A stretch of 64,000 nucleotides of DNA, from NCBI RefSeq assembly GCF_009914755.1, contig NC_060932.1, one strand, 5' to 3'. A program made the position numbers and the translations under genes. This document shows, piece by piece, positions 1-14,507 of this stretch. The notes under the pieces are model-generated. The model made no database searches and was not told the DNA's origin. It saw only the letters and a program-made list of their open reading frames with translations. How positions within the stretch are numbered: position 1 is the stretch's first letter; each line of letters begins with the position of its first letter. The DNA is from the human T2T-CHM13v2.0 reference genome, Homo sapiens.

Positions 1-193
1 TTCCTGGCTCAGCCTCCAGAGTAGCTGGGATTACAGGTGCCTGCCACCATGCCCAGAAAATTTTTGTATTTTTAGTAGAGATGGGGTTTTGCCATGGTGA
101 ACAGAGTGGTCTCGAACTCCTGACCTCAGGTGATCAGCCAGTCTTGGTCTCCCAAAGTTCTGGCATTACAGGCATGAGCCATCTCGCCTGGCC
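1..193 (-). mobile_element. Alu SINE (AluS-type), cut by window start
   Basis: Reverse-complement Alu motifs: gtagctgggattacagg, tttttgtatttttagtagaga, ctcgaactcctgacctcaggtgat, ending ...cctggcc at 193. Confidence 0.95.
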
Positions 194-659
194 TCTTCCT
201 AATTTTTAATACTAAATATCTCATGGGGATTGAGAATAAAGCAAATATTTCCAAAGTGGCAATGCCCCTGTTGTAGAGCATAAAGGTCTTGGTGGAAATT
301 TTGAGTCTCACAGACCTGGGTTTTCATAGAGTTTTACTCACTTTACAGATTACAGACCCTTTGACAGGGCATTCTCTCCCTGCCTCTAGTACTGCCTCAT
401 CATATTGTTTCTTGGATGTTTTTAATATAACACAGCCAGTAACAGGCGCTCCATGTAATGACGCTATGCATGTGGTCTGTGAGCCGGGAGGTCAGTGTGT
501 GTCATCCTTGGGCGCTCCACACCCCTCCCCAAACCCACGTAGATTCAGTGTGCTCAACCAGAAAGACGTAATCAGAGAGAATAGCCTGGCATTTCTTGGA
601 TTTGGTACCTATCTTTTCAGTTCAATAGAATGGAGTTAAAATAAAAAAAAAAAAAGAAA

Positions 660-1070
660 CCTTTCTGAGCTCCTACTATATGACTGAATATACAGAAATG
701 AAGAAATAAATAGACTCAGTTTTTCAATAACTTGCAGACTAAAGAGAAAACAGAAGCCCCAGCCACCTGGGGGCGGGGGAGGGGGGGCCTGACGTTAGAA
801 AACACTAGGCCAGGTCTGCACAATGCAGCAGAAGAGTCCGACCTCAGGGCGGTGCACCTTCTTGACCTGAGATGAGACTAAGGCTAGAACGTTCAGAGAT
901 GGAACAGCCCGAGCCAAGTGATCGTGTGAACGGTTCCATGACCCTGAAGAACGAAGTGGGTGCGGCAGGACAGGAGACTGGTCAGGCAGAGGCCAGGTGA
1001 GGAGGAATCTCGTCTGTTGCCCTGAGACCTGGTGGACAAGGTGGAACCACTGAAAGGCACCTCCCGTCAG
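660..1070 (-). mobile_element. L2 LINE 3' remnant (degenerate)
   Basis: ctgagctcctactatatg...atacagaaatgaag...agactcag...cttgcagacta resembles the antisense L2 3' end; boundaries approximate. Confidence 0.45.
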
Positions 1071-3239
1071 GCACACACATTAAGGACTCGTGACTGAAGG
1101 ATGTTGGTTTGCATAAAGCTAAAAAAGCCCTTATCACAAAATGTGTACATGCAATGCCTGGTAGGCATAATGAATGTTGTGGAAACTGTTCTCAGTCAAT
1201 TTCTCTAAGTCTTAGAGAGAGCAATGGATTATTCCTGTCTGTATTTTACATTATCACAATTTTTGTATAGACAAAGCCAGTATCTTTAGCTTGTCTGTCT
1301 CCCTCATCTGCGCATACGTACAGAGCATCGTCACCACCTGTTGGAATGACCTGAAGTGCAACAAAACTCCATACAGAAAAACCAGATCTATAACAGTGAG
1401 GCCAACAAGTTCCATTCTTATTGGAGGCAAGCACCCAATTCAATTAGCATCCAAATGTACAAAAATGCGTAATGTCCGTGTCACCCACGTAATGTGTGTG
1501 TTCTGAGGCCACGATCCCTTTAGTCACAAACAATGTCAACACATGCAAATCTCCGTCTTGTGTTTACAGATTCACAGTATGTAAATTAGAACAAGAAAAT
1601 CATATCAGAACGTTTTATGGATATTGTTCTCAAGTATTTTAGTGTGACTTGGCATAAGGGAATGAGAAGGCGCCACAGAGGGAACTTGAGTTGATTGCAT
1701 CTGGTGAGATAAACCCCAAGAAATCCTGGCTTGAAGACATCAGGCTGATGTGAGTAGAGAGAATGTGAGCCTGGGAATAAATCAGTGGTGAATTTAATGA
1801 GGTAAAATGCTTTGAAGTGGTTTAAAGTAATTCTTAAAGTGATTTTTAAATTGCACAACTAAAACTTGCCGAAAAATACAGCTGTTTTGTAATAAGTTGA
1901 ACTCAGGAACAGCATTTATCACTTTTGTTTTTTGTCTATGCCATGAAAGCCTGTCTTTGCAGAATTCCAAGTCCTCGAATAAAAGAAAAAACCACTGCTA
2001 CTATTCAGGCAGATAAAACTCAATGATAAACATAGCTTGTTTAAGCTAGAAATCTGGGAAAAATTAAAAATGGAAATGCCACTTGCACCATCAGGGACAA
2101 ATCTACTTGAAAAATGAAACTCTTCATGGAATCCCCACTAGGGCCATCCAGCCATTTCCCAGTGAGAGCATATTGCATTCAACACAGGCTGATGTGCGAA
2201 GTATAAAAGATGTTGCTATTCCCATCTTCACTGTAAACGTACAGTCAAATATCACAGCCAATTAATTAAATCAATTAACTAATTAACTAAACCTGAGCAA
2301 CTTCCGATTTGGATTTTGTCTTTCCATTCCTCCTACCATTTCAAGATCAAATCTTGCTGAACAAGCTCTATCTAAGCTGCTTTAGGTGGTTTTTGCTCTT
2401 TATTTTTTTCCTTCATACTCTTATCTTTCTGTATGAAATATTTTGTGGTGAACGCAGCTATGTTTAATTTTGCCTGGCCTCAGTTTTTTTTTTTTTTTTT
2501 TTTTCTGTTGTTTTTAAACACAGGAATAGGAAATTACATCTTCAGGGAGAGAAAATTATTCCAAGTCTCATAATTGTTTAACCTGGGAACAGAAAATTAT
2601 GTTGTTTTCAGACTTCATGCCCTAAACATTTCAAATTGTTCTTACCGTTCTAATCTAAATTATGAGCCCTGCGTCCTTCTCAATCATGTGCTGTATTCCA
2701 CACACAATAATACAAACCACAGTCCTCCGTTGTGTACGTGTATTTGCCTATCAGATTTCTCTAGAATAGAATCACAGTAAGGGTGATGCTCAAACACATC
2801 TTGTAAACATTGACTCTCAAATACCTGACTCAGAGCCTGAGACATGTCTTGTGCTAATAAACATGTGACTAATTATATAAATTTACAGCATAAGAAGGGC
2901 ACGTGTAGATAGTGGCATGTGATTTATAAGATATGTAGGAAATTATCTTTGCTTGCTGTTTATAAGATAGCGTGCAAAACACCTGCTCGTTGAACAGGTG
3001 TTTATGCAACACCAACTCATTGAACTGTGAGATTTCTCCTAGTGGCAGAGTGTCCATTTCCGGAGAGGGTGTCCTATCTGAAGGGCTGAGCTCTGGAAGC
3101 CGAGGCTGTGCTCAATATTTCTGCTCACTCTCTGTCCCTCCTCTTCTTTCTGTGTGCTCTGTCTGTCAGAGGATTCTGATGTATGTAAAAAATCACATTT
3201 CGCCAAATTCCTGGCTGTCTGGATTATGGATACAGCTTA

Positions 3240-4170
3240 AATTTTCATATGAGACATTCTTCTGAGGGATTAGGAAGTCAAAACAGAAGTAGAGACATAG
3301 AGATAGGTGTGGATTCTCAGGGTGCAAGAGAAGGCATACAGGTATGGAATATTTAACTGATCTTGTCAGATTTTCTGAAATAAATATATTAGCTTCCATA
3401 GCTGAAGGGTGATCCAATTTAGTGTCTAGTAGTTGCATAAATTCGGGTCTAACTGGTGACCTGTATCAAATATGTGTGCAATACTCGAGCATCCCTGGTA
3501 TAAGGCAGAGAGAAGGACTGAAAGGCTTGCATGGAAATGCTGGGATAAACGACCATGAATGGCTCCCACCTGCCTCCTCTGCTTACATCTCTAGGACAGT
3601 CCAGGGGACCACTCAGGTCATTAAGGTGCATGAATGACAGGAACTCCAACATCCTTAAAGAGCACAGTAGTAACTGATTTTGAAGGCCAGTGATAATGGA
3701 GTGGAAATGACACCACCAAAATGAGGTCCTGGATGTCAATAAGCATGACAATGCACCAGAGGATGGGGCGGGCGTAATGGTCCCAGAGGGTGGCAGGGGC
3801 GGGGGTGGCCTGATGGCACCAGAAGGCGGGGGGGGGGAGCTGATGGCACCAGAGGACAGGACAGGAGCTGGCATGATGGCACCAGAGGGCGGTGATGGGG
3901 GGAGGTGTGATGGTCCCAGAGGACCGGGAGCAGGGCGTGATGGTATCAGAAGGTGGGGGCAGCCATGATGGCTCCCCAGAGGGCTGACACACAGAGCTGG
4001 AGCTCACTAACAAGAGAGAAGGTGGACTTGGTTACTGTAGTGAATAGTAAGGTTGGGATAACAATTGGGATGGTTTGACCTGCAGGGAGCTGCCGCTAAT
4101 TGATTATGGTATCCATAGGAGTGTAAAAGGGAGGCTGAAAACTAAAGCTTTGCTTGATTTTTTTTAACTC
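3240..4170 (+). mobile_element. Decayed ERVL/MaLR-type internal (gag-region) remnant
   Basis: Blocks colinear with recalled ERVL internal consensus: gtgtggattctcagggtg, ccctggtataaggcagagagaaggactgaaaggctt, ccaacatccttaaagagcacagtagt...aggccag, gctaattgattatggtatccataggagt...actaaagctttgcttgat. No intact ORF. Confidence 0.7.
3746..3986. repeat. G-rich degenerate minisatellite, ~8 units of ~28-34 bp, core (tg)atggcaccagagg
   Basis: Recurring core atggcaccagagg / atggtcccagagg separated by G-rich linkers, inside the ERVL remnant. Confidence 0.85.
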
Positions 4171-4289
4171 GGACTCTTATGTTCTATTTACCCTGCTAGA
4201 TATAGGTTTTATTCTTTTCTAATGTGATCTGGGTCAAAATTAAAACAACAACAAGAACAATCCTCCTTGCCATTGGCTCCAGTTGGGTT

Positions 4290-4605
4290 TGTTCAACAAG
4301 GAGACCCGGTTTGGCGGAAGAAACTAAAGGGAAGCAACATAGTGAGGCCAGGGTATTTATTTCCCGTAACACCCAGCCAGGACCTCTCAGGATGGCCACG
4401 TCCCTGGATTAAAGGTAACTGTTCTCCTCATTGCAGCCAGACAATAGGAACATCTACTTGCGTTTTCTTCAACCCAAACTCTCCCCCTTATCAGGTGTGG
4501 AGTAAGTGAGATTTGAGAGAATGGCCTTCCTGCTGCTAATCTCAGAATTATTTCTTGAACATCTCCCACAGCCTAACCCATGCCTTTGTAAATAGTCCCT
4601 TTCCT
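4290..4605 (+). mobile_element. ERVL-class LTR remnant (LTR40-like)
   Basis: agtgaggccagggtatttatttccc...gtccctggattaaaggtaactg...cccatgcctttgtaaatagtcccttt matches recalled LTR40-family motifs. Confidence 0.6.
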
Positions 4606-5779
4606 GCCAAAGTTCTGGAGAAGGCACAGCCCAAGGCTAAAATGTCAAGGAATCAGCTTAACTGGGAGGGAGAAGCACCCAGCTGTGAGTTAGAGGGACT
4701 GGGGAGTGAGAGAGCCAAACAGAGGTAGCAGGTCCCTCTTCCAGCTCTGCTGTCTTGGTGCTCAGGAATTATCCTGAGGGGATGCAAGGAGAACCACACC
4801 TCGGTCTCCAAGAGAGGAAAGGATGGGAAATGTATCTGACTAAATCTCACTAGTATCCCATTCTCCCAATTTGCACCATGGGTCCGCGGCTAATTCCACA
4901 CACCTGCTCTCTGGCCCGGCATTTGCACCGAAAGCAGCTATCCTGTGTGGTGCTGCATCCACGTTTGGAGGCCGAGGGGCCACCCCATTTAGGTGTTGTC
5001 CCAACTGAAGTAGGGAGATGATCAGAAGAGTATGAGAAAAAAACAAAAGATTGCTGTACAAGTCGTTTTGAAAATTAACTCTTCTTGAGCAACCCAATTT
5101 CAAATGAACCCTTCATTTCCTGATGCTACTCTAAGTGATACAGTAAGAAAAAAAAACAATATGCAGGTTGATGATCACGAGTGACTTGACATGGGTCCAC
5201 ATGGAGAGTCTAGTCCCTCCATACTGACAAAGCTGAAGCTGAAAGGATGTCACACCTTTGGTCTCCCGCAATTAAGCACAAGTGATGGTGGGGCTTGGGA
5301 ATGACCGAAGTCTCCCAGGTCACCTTGGAATCCGCTGCCATCCCTTTTACCACCAGACTCACCAGGCTTCCAGCGCTGAGTGGAGATCAGGGCAGAAAGG
5401 GTCCTGCTGCCGCTCAAGGCGTGGGGCAGCTGCTGTTTCTGCTGAAGACTTAGGACTCAGGAAGTCACAGGTTTCTGAAGGGGCTATGGGAGCACAGAGG
5501 GCTTCCTGGTCAGTGGCAGGGACGACAATGCTGCAGATCAGGAGGAACCTGGGAGCGTCTGGGGAAATCTTTAGTCGCAGAGATTCATGGGCTGGGAGGG
5601 AGAGGGTGCATACACCTAAGTGAGTGTCTCCACAAGGCTCCTTCTCCAGATCCCTGGGTGTGGCACACTTTGAGTTTTGGAGCCAGAAAACAATAGCTAG
5701 CCCTCTTATTAACAGATTTCTTCAGTAATTCTCAGGATCAATGATTAAAACAAAACAATAGCAACCACAAAACAAAAAG

Positions 5780-7290
5780 AAAAATAAAACAAACCGCACA
5801 CATCACATACAGGGATATTATGATAAAAGTTAACACCTCTAAAGCTAAACAATAACTGATACGATCTCCATGAGTAAAAAAAGTTACACAAAAGAGAAAA
5901 ACTGAATGAGACTAGCAGTAGTTAGCGGTGCCAGATAAACTACAGAACACAAGTTGTTTTTCAATTTCCAAAGAATAATATATATTACATATTTTTATTA
6001 GGTTGGTGCAAAGTAATTGCAGTTTTTGTCATTAAAAGGAATGGCAAAAACCGCACACTTTTGCACCAACCAATATATAAAAATATGTATTATGTATCTA
6101 TAATGGGCATGCATTATATATCTCAGATGCTGAGACATATATTATATAAGTATATCTATCTCAGATATTGTACAGGATATACTTAAAGGATATTACTTTT
6201 TTGTTTGTTCCATAAAAATAAGTTTGAAAGTTAAATGATAGAAGTTGAACAAACCCAATATCCGTCAAAGTGAAATTTAAGATTAAAACATGAATTCGTG
6301 AAATAAGTTGAAGACAAACATTAAATAAAATTTCATATGGTATGAAATGGCATAATGAAGGGGGTATAGCAAACATTAACCATTCTAGACCAAAGAATAT
6401 AGCTGTTCAATTTACAAAGCAAAGATGGTTCTAAATTTGGGAGAACTTTATAATTTATAATCTTGGTAGATGATAATCATACATCTCTTTTAGAATATAG
6501 CAGACATAATAAAGTAAAAATTAGTGAGAATATAGAGAAACAAAAATATATAATAAACACATGTGGTTTAACAAATGTCTGCAAAATGATATAGCCTATA
6601 CATAACTAAAATCAATATTTATGTCCACGGAGAAGTTCCAACATTTTTTCAAGTACTGTACAAAGTAATTTTGAAATGCTGGAGATTACATTTTTAAAAA
6701 ATCTAATAAAAATACAAATATAAAAAAAAAAAACAACCTTAGCATCTGTGAGGTTTAATAAAGTCTCTCCAAGATATCCTTACATCAAAAGATGCCATTG
6801 TAAATTGCATAGAATTCAATGAAAAACAGAGTACCACTGACTAAAATAATGCTTAGATATCAATGGTTGTGCAGTTTAATAAAAAGGAAATTTTTCCTGT
6901 CATTGTATCATATTTGAACAACTTCACCAGAATAAACCAAATGGAAACGCAAACTACAAAATAATAAGAAAAAAGTTTAAATTAATAAAGCAAGAAACAA
7001 AAAGCATAAATAATAAGTAACTAGAAACCCTGGTTCTTTGTAAAAATGAAACAAAAAAGGTATTGAGCACAGTAATGCCAAAACAGAAAATATAATTAGA
7101 AATGATGAAAACATCATATAACCACAGATATAGAAGAGATGAAGTATTATAGGCTAATAATGCATGCAACTGTAGTATTATATCTTCTAATTCAGAAGCC
7201 TGGACAATTAGGCTGATTTTGTACACAGAATATATATTACCAATGTTGACTCAAAATTGAATAGAACATTTGAATCAATCACTGAAAGTA
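5780..7290 (+). mobile_element. Ancient L1M ORF2-region remnant (interrupted by MADE1)
   Basis: Strongly A-rich strand with L1 ORF2-like blocks (ctggttctttgtaaaa, aattagaaatga...accacagatatagaagagat, ttaccaatgttgactcaaaattgaatagaacatttgaat). Confidence 0.65.
5998..6073. mobile_element. MADE1 (Hsmar1-derived mariner MITE)
   Basis: ttaggttggtgcaaagtaattgcagtttttgtcatt...aatggcaaaaaccgcacacttttgcaccaaccaa: two inverted repeats, flanked by TA at 5996-5997 and 6074-6075. Confidence 0.95.
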
Positions 7291-8720
7291 CCACGTACAT
7301 TTTTGGAAAGTTGATGAAGGAGACATCGTTAAAGAGAGATTCGTTTTGTTACTGAAGTACAACTTAGGAGTGGATTGTTTTATATGGTAGGATGTTGGAC
7401 AGCTCCCTGGTTCATTTTATGGCGGCAAAACCTAACTATGGGAACAAGATAAAGTCAAAAACAAATCAAAACAAACTAAACCCAAAGAGACAAAGAAGTA
7501 CCCAGAGATGATTTCCCTTGTCCACCTGACTCGAGAGCTCCTCCACCAGTGGTGTCCTCGGACGAATATTCAACATGAGCCACAACGCCCACCGCAAGTC
7601 ATCTGTTCACGTTTCTCTTTGGGGTGAGTTCTACACTTTTTTTTTCTTCAATTCCCTGACCATTCACCCAAACGACTGCAGTCTTCCAGCCAAGGGAGGC
7701 TTGTCTCCCTCAGGAGAAGATGGAGAGCAGCTTCACTGGCAAGGGAGACGTGGGAGGGAATTCGGAACACACATGTCTAAAAATCTTCCGAATTTTCCCC
7801 ACAGCTCCATTCTAAAGCTTGGTAGCCCACTACGTCTCAGTGTTGTAATTAGCACATGACATCCTCGAGACCCCGGGGGTTCAATGTACATCACAATTTT
7901 GCAAAACACAATTAGATTTAGAGTCTTTTTTTATCCGTATAAAAACTCTATAGTTAAAAGAAACAAGAAATCCCTTTGGCTCCTCCATAAAAACTCCTGT
8001 CTGACTGTGCTTTGAGCTGAGAGTTCAAGTTTCTCATTTTCCGTGTCTAGGTGTCCAGTGCAGTTGGACACAAGCGTTCCCTCCACAGACCTGAGTTAGA
8101 AACACTCAGCACCCCTGGGGTCCCTTCACGGGCCACTCCAACCAAGCAACCGCAAGGAAAGCTACATGGTTACGAGGCCACTGAGCCAGGCATTACGTAC
8201 TGTCATGGAGGGGTAAACAAGGGCCCCAGGCCCAACCCTGAGACCGTTACTGCCACAAATCACTGCACCTGAAAGCATTCCGTCAGGAGAAGGGAGCCAC
8301 CCTCAGTTCCACCCAGAGGACATGTAAATAGGGCTCGGGTGATGTGCTGGGGGGACTAGGAAAGTGGAAAGGAAAAAGGGAGAGGTTGAGGAGCAAAATG
8401 GAGACATGGAAAGGCAAGAGATTGTATATTCATAGAGATATAGGGAAGGGGACAAGATATTTTAAAGCCCGAAGGAGCAGACTTGGAAATAAACAAGACT
8501 GGGATTCAGGCACAGCTACCTACCTGCTTTGACAGAGGTCTTGCTCCAGCAAAGGCTGAGACCAGCGTTCAACCTGATGCCACTTACCATGAGCAAGAGA
8601 AACACAAAGCTGCACAGAGCCAGGGCACGCAGGCACCGGGAGTCCGTGTGTACAGTGAGGAAGGGAGAAGGCCCCTGGGCTACCCAGGGAGTCCTAGTTT
8701 CTGAATGAAAACGAAGCCAC

Positions 8721-8997
8721 TTTGTGTCTCTCCCACCCTCTCTCCCTTTCTCTGCCTCTGTGTCTCTGTTTCTCTCCTTCTCTAATTCTCCACCTTCCCT
8801 GTTTCTCTTGCTTTCTGCTGTTCTCTTTCTCTTCCCCCCACTGTCTCTGCCTCCCTCTCCTTCTCTCCTGCCTTTCCCCCTTTCTCTATTTCTGTTTGGT
8901 CTCTCCTCTCTCTCTCTGTCTTTCCTCTGTCTTTCTCACGGTTTCTCTCTATATATTCCTATCTCTCTAGATGTAGCTCTGGCTCTATACCTCTCTG
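8721..8997. repeat. CT-rich low-complexity polypyrimidine tract (degenerate (TC)n)
   Basis: About 280 bp made almost entirely of C/T with tctctc motifs. Confidence 0.9.
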
Positions 8998-10729
8998 TGA
9001 ACTAGTAACAAGATGCAGCATGTAAAGTTATTTTCTCAAGGATATATTAGTCTCTGTAAAAAACATTTTTTCTCTCACAGTACTGTACATGTCAATGTGA
9101 TTTTATTAAAACCTATTCCACCCTTTGATTTATAGAGGCTTTTCCCCCAAACTCTATTATTTATAATTCACATGATGGTATAAACCATTTTGTAGGTCAA
9201 ATAAGTTTGGGACCTGACTTCATAATCTTTACTGCCACGATAATATATAATAAGCTCAGCGGGAACTATTTTAAAGTCAAATGGAATTTCTGTCAGCTAA
9301 TTCCTGAGATTTTTAATCTGACTTATAAATTGTCAAGTCTCAACAAGTATCAGCCACAAAAATAGGTATAAACGACATGAAGAAAATGATTTCAGTGGTA
9401 ATACCAGTTAATTTGTCAATTATCACATCATGACAGAAAATAATGTATTTCATTAAATTTTCTTAGGTGTTGATTATTTCTTGTGGATCAGAAATGATCT
9501 TTTGCTTGAAAATAAATCACATTGGGAATTGTATAAAATTGGCAGAAAGTTAACCATTTTTGCTGTTCTGTACATATTTTAAACAAGAAATTTTCTACAA
9601 AATCGGAAGATGGACTTTTGGGGCTAGAACTTTCAACTATGATGTCCTGTGTTAACACAGAGAAATCTTATTTTAAGAACTGATTATATGAGGCAGAGCC
9701 AAAGCATGCTAATTATTTATCAGCCTGACTAACAGTTATGCTTTTAAGCTACTGAGAGGGTGTCATTGTGCTTGCAAATACTATTTTAGCTATAGCAGTT
9801 GGTTTCTGGTGGAATTGTATCAGCGATTTACTCCAAATAAATTTAAATGCATCAATTTCAAATGCAAACGGGACAATGTTACATCAGATGACCTACATGG
9901 GAAGGACTAAAATGATGACACAGAGGATGGTCCAAGGTTGACCAGCCGCCAAAAACCCCGAGACAGACAGCAGGACAGAGGGAAGTCCTCTTGGGCGCAG
10001 GCTACGCAGTAACAGAGACCTACCCCCAGGTTCACCACACACGCAGGGCAATCCCTGGACAAGACATCGGCATCGATGTAGAATCAGAATCAGAATAAAT
10101 GATTACAGCCTCAGATTAAGAGGGAGTACCCCTTTTAAATGGCAGATGAAGACAATGAGAAGCCATTTGTTCACCTGTCTGTCACACACATTGAAAAGTT
10201 ACGCGGACTTCGTAACACAGAATGGAAATGTGGGGGTGTTTGTGCCACGCCCTTGCCATCCCGAGGTGAACAAGCCCACAGCTAGGAACACAACAAGAAT
10301 TGTAATATCACCGTGGGTTGGAGAGCTGAGTCCACTCTGGCCCTGGCTGTGGGCTGCAGCTCCGAAATCCTCAAGGAAGGTGGCCTGGGTCTCTCTGCTG
10401 TCACTGAAGGGGTTGGAACTGAATTACCTGCAAGAAAACAAGAATTATAATGTTCTCCTCATCGTCTGTGAAGTGAGTAGGAAATACAGAGGACAAAAGC
10501 AAGAAGAATCTCTCCTACTAAGTCTTAAAAAAATAGGACAGCCTGTCAAATGGGCAGGGCCATGAGTGGAAAAAGAAACAACTATTGACACTGGGGGCCC
10601 TGATTTCTCCCACGCACATGCTGCGCTGCTGAAACCTTCCCTGGAGCCATTCCCTCACAGCTTCCAGAGGTTGTGGGGGCATAGCAGGTGAGCCTGACAC
10701 AGATTCCCCATGACACAAGTTACAAACAG

Positions 10730-11736
<1,007 letters not shown>

Positions 11737-12137
11737 TCCCCTGTGTTTTTAAAGTTGGCCTGGAGATTGGTGATGACCATTGGAGATTGCATTACTTTTC
11801 CAACTGTGGCTTTCCACTAAAATTACAAAGGGAAATGTAGAAAGGAAAACGTGTGAGTGCGGGAACCAACAACAAAGATGATTTACATGAAGAAGGCTCT
11901 TAGAAAGAAAGCATCACACGAGTGCATGATGTTTAAGCTCTCAGCTAGCCCTTAGAGTGTAACTGCCTCTCCATCCTCCGCCCCGCATTCAGGGGTCCTC
12001 CCCAGGGGTCTCATAGCTCTGCCTCTCCTCCATTACCAGGAGGTGCCCTGCTCATGCATCCTGCCCTCAGCAGACAGAAGATCTCTCTCGACTTCTCCAA
12101 CTCTTCTTGTGCCATCCACACAATCTTGCCTTCAACT

Positions 12138-12440
12138 ATTATTTTATTTTATTTTTTAGGAGGTAGGGTCTTGCTCTGTTGCCCAGGCCAGAGGGCAGTG
12201 GTGTGAACAGGGCTCACTGCAGCCTCAATCTCCTGAAGTTCAAGCCATCCTCCCACCTCAGCCTCCATAGTAGCTGGGACTACAGGTGCGTGCCACCACA
12301 CCTGGCTAATTTTTATAATTTTCGTAGACACGGGGTTTTGCTGTGTTGCGCAGGCTGGTCTTAAACTCCTGGGCTCAAGCGATGCCCACCTCAGCCTCCC
12401 AAACTCCTGGGATTACAGGCGTGAGCCACCGTGCCCGGCC
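12138..12440 (-). mobile_element. AluJ
   Basis: ctcactgcagcctcaatctcctg, aactcctgggctcaagcgat; residual TSD ttgcctt on both sides. Confidence 0.93.
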
Positions 12441-13629
12441 TTGCCTTGATTGAAAACAATGGAGTTGTAGAAGCCTTTACGTAGCCCACAAGCAGGCCAC
12501 AGGTATTTGCTATCACTGTCATTCATCCTTAGGGCACAAGATTTTGCTCAACAACTGTATGCTTCCTTTAAACTTTATTCTGCTGATGCATACTAGTAGT
12601 CATCTTTCTCCCCCTCTCAAAAATTAAACTTTTTTCAGTTAAAAAAAAACTAAAAGAAACAAAGAAACATTTTTTACTCTCATTCATTTTCAAGAACTCA
12701 TTCTACATTTTCCAGACACACCAAGAAAGCACTTAAAAATGTAATGCACTTAATTTTCAAACTCATGTGTTTGATGTATGAAGCTTTACTCTAACAATGG
12801 AATTTTCATTTTTCTAATCCTCTTTATTTTAATCCAGACATGAAGATTTTAGAAAATGTTCTGCCCGTGTTGAGGCTTACGCAGAAACCACCCAGCAAGC
12901 AGGACCCTGGCCGGATGTTCTTGTTTGACTGGTTTCTGACTAAACACTGATCTGCTTCTTCAGTATCTTCTGTCTGAATAAAGGAATATTTAGAGTCTGA
13001 CTCAATGTGTTACTCATAAATCCTAAAATCTCCAACTTAAAAAATATATTTAGGATGGATCTTAATTTAGCCCACTTTTTAAAACCTCATAAACCTCATT
13101 TATTTTTCTTATTTTGCATTTTTAAATAGGGAATAAGTGTACGATTCTAATTAAAAAGGTAAATTCTGCCATATACAAATAATTCTTAGAAGCTGAAATT
13201 CTCCAAATGCACTTTTCTTCTTGTAATAAAAATATAATGAATTCCTCGAGATGACTTTGCCATGTACATCAGTCTTTGAACGTGAGAAAGCAGAATATGT
13301 GTGAGATGACGGGTGTGTAATTTGGGTTCAAATGCGGTGTTGATTAATCTGTTTTATGTTGATTGTTCTCATTTCAATTCTGGATTTTTTTCATTTTAAT
13401 TCTGGCTATTCTCATGTCTTTTCTGACCACCGTGTATTCAAAATGCTCATGCACAGCTACTGTGGACATCTAAACCTTGAGGCACTTTAGACAAGAAAGT
13501 ATCGAATAGGCTTTGGTGAAGAAAGAACAAAGATTATTAAATTATTAATCTGGAATAGGTTGTTTTAAATTATAAACTTTGCAAGTGGCTCATATATGTT
13601 AGAAGCACACATATGAATACATAAGGCCC

Positions 13630-13632
<3 letters not shown>

Positions 13633-13680
<48 letters not shown>

Positions 13681-13720
13681 ACACACACACATATGTGTGT
13701 ATATATGTATACACACACAA
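13633..13720. repeat. (AT)n microsatellite (~22 perfect units) with (AC)/(GT) extension
   Basis: Direct reading. Confidence 0.97.
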
Positions 13721-14190
13721 ATATAATACATGTATAACTATTTTATCATTTTTGTGTATATAATTAAAAGCTATAAAGGAATGGTTATAGCTGCTTGTAT
13801 CTGTTGCATATTCATCATAATAGGCCAATAAATTAATGTTAATTCAACATTTTGGACTTAACACTGTAATGAGAAATAAAATTTAGTTCGTATGAAAATC
13901 AAAGTGACATTTTCAAAAAGAAAGTCATTTAAGGTTTTTATAACTTGGAATCATTGAATTAAATAGTTCAAATATTTCTGATCCTGAGTGAAAAATACGT
14001 ATTTTTACATAATTTTAGTTATTAACATATATTATGATTTTTTGTTAATCATTACATAAAATATTTGATGTTTCCGTTATGACAAGACACAGTGAAAATT
14101 ACTACAGAATAAGGATGCTTCGATTAGAAATTGTCGATGGAAGAGCATTTCCAGCTTTACATTTTTAACTGAGTAGCTTTATCTGAAAGA

Positions 14191-14507
14191 TTTTTTATTT
14201 TTTGTTGTTGTTTGTTTTGTTTGTTTGAAACGGAGTCTCCCTCTGTTGCCCAGGCTGGCGTGCAGTGGCGCGATCTCGGCTCACTGCAAGCTCTGCCTCC
14301 CAGGTTCACGCCATTCTCTTGCCTCATCCTCCTGAGTAGCTGGGACTACAGGCACCCGCCACCACACCTGGATAATTTTTTGTATTTTTACTGGGGACGG
14401 GGTTTCACCGTGTTAGCCAGGATGGTCTTGATCTCCTGACCTCCTGATCCACTCACCTTGGCCTCCCAAAGTGCCGGGATTACAGGCGTGAGCCACCGCG
14501 CCCCCGC
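14191..14507 (-). mobile_element. AluY
   Basis: gcaagctctgcctcccaggttcacgccattctc; caccgtgttagccaggatggtcttgatctcctgac. Confidence 0.93.

Noticed and set aside
3449-4013. Proline- or glycine-rich ORFs with repeated motifs
   Set aside because: They are translations of the G-rich minisatellite inside a decayed ERVL segment.
4620-4990. Possible additional ERVL-class LTR remnant
   Set aside because: The resemblance is too weak to assign family or boundaries without a Dfam search.
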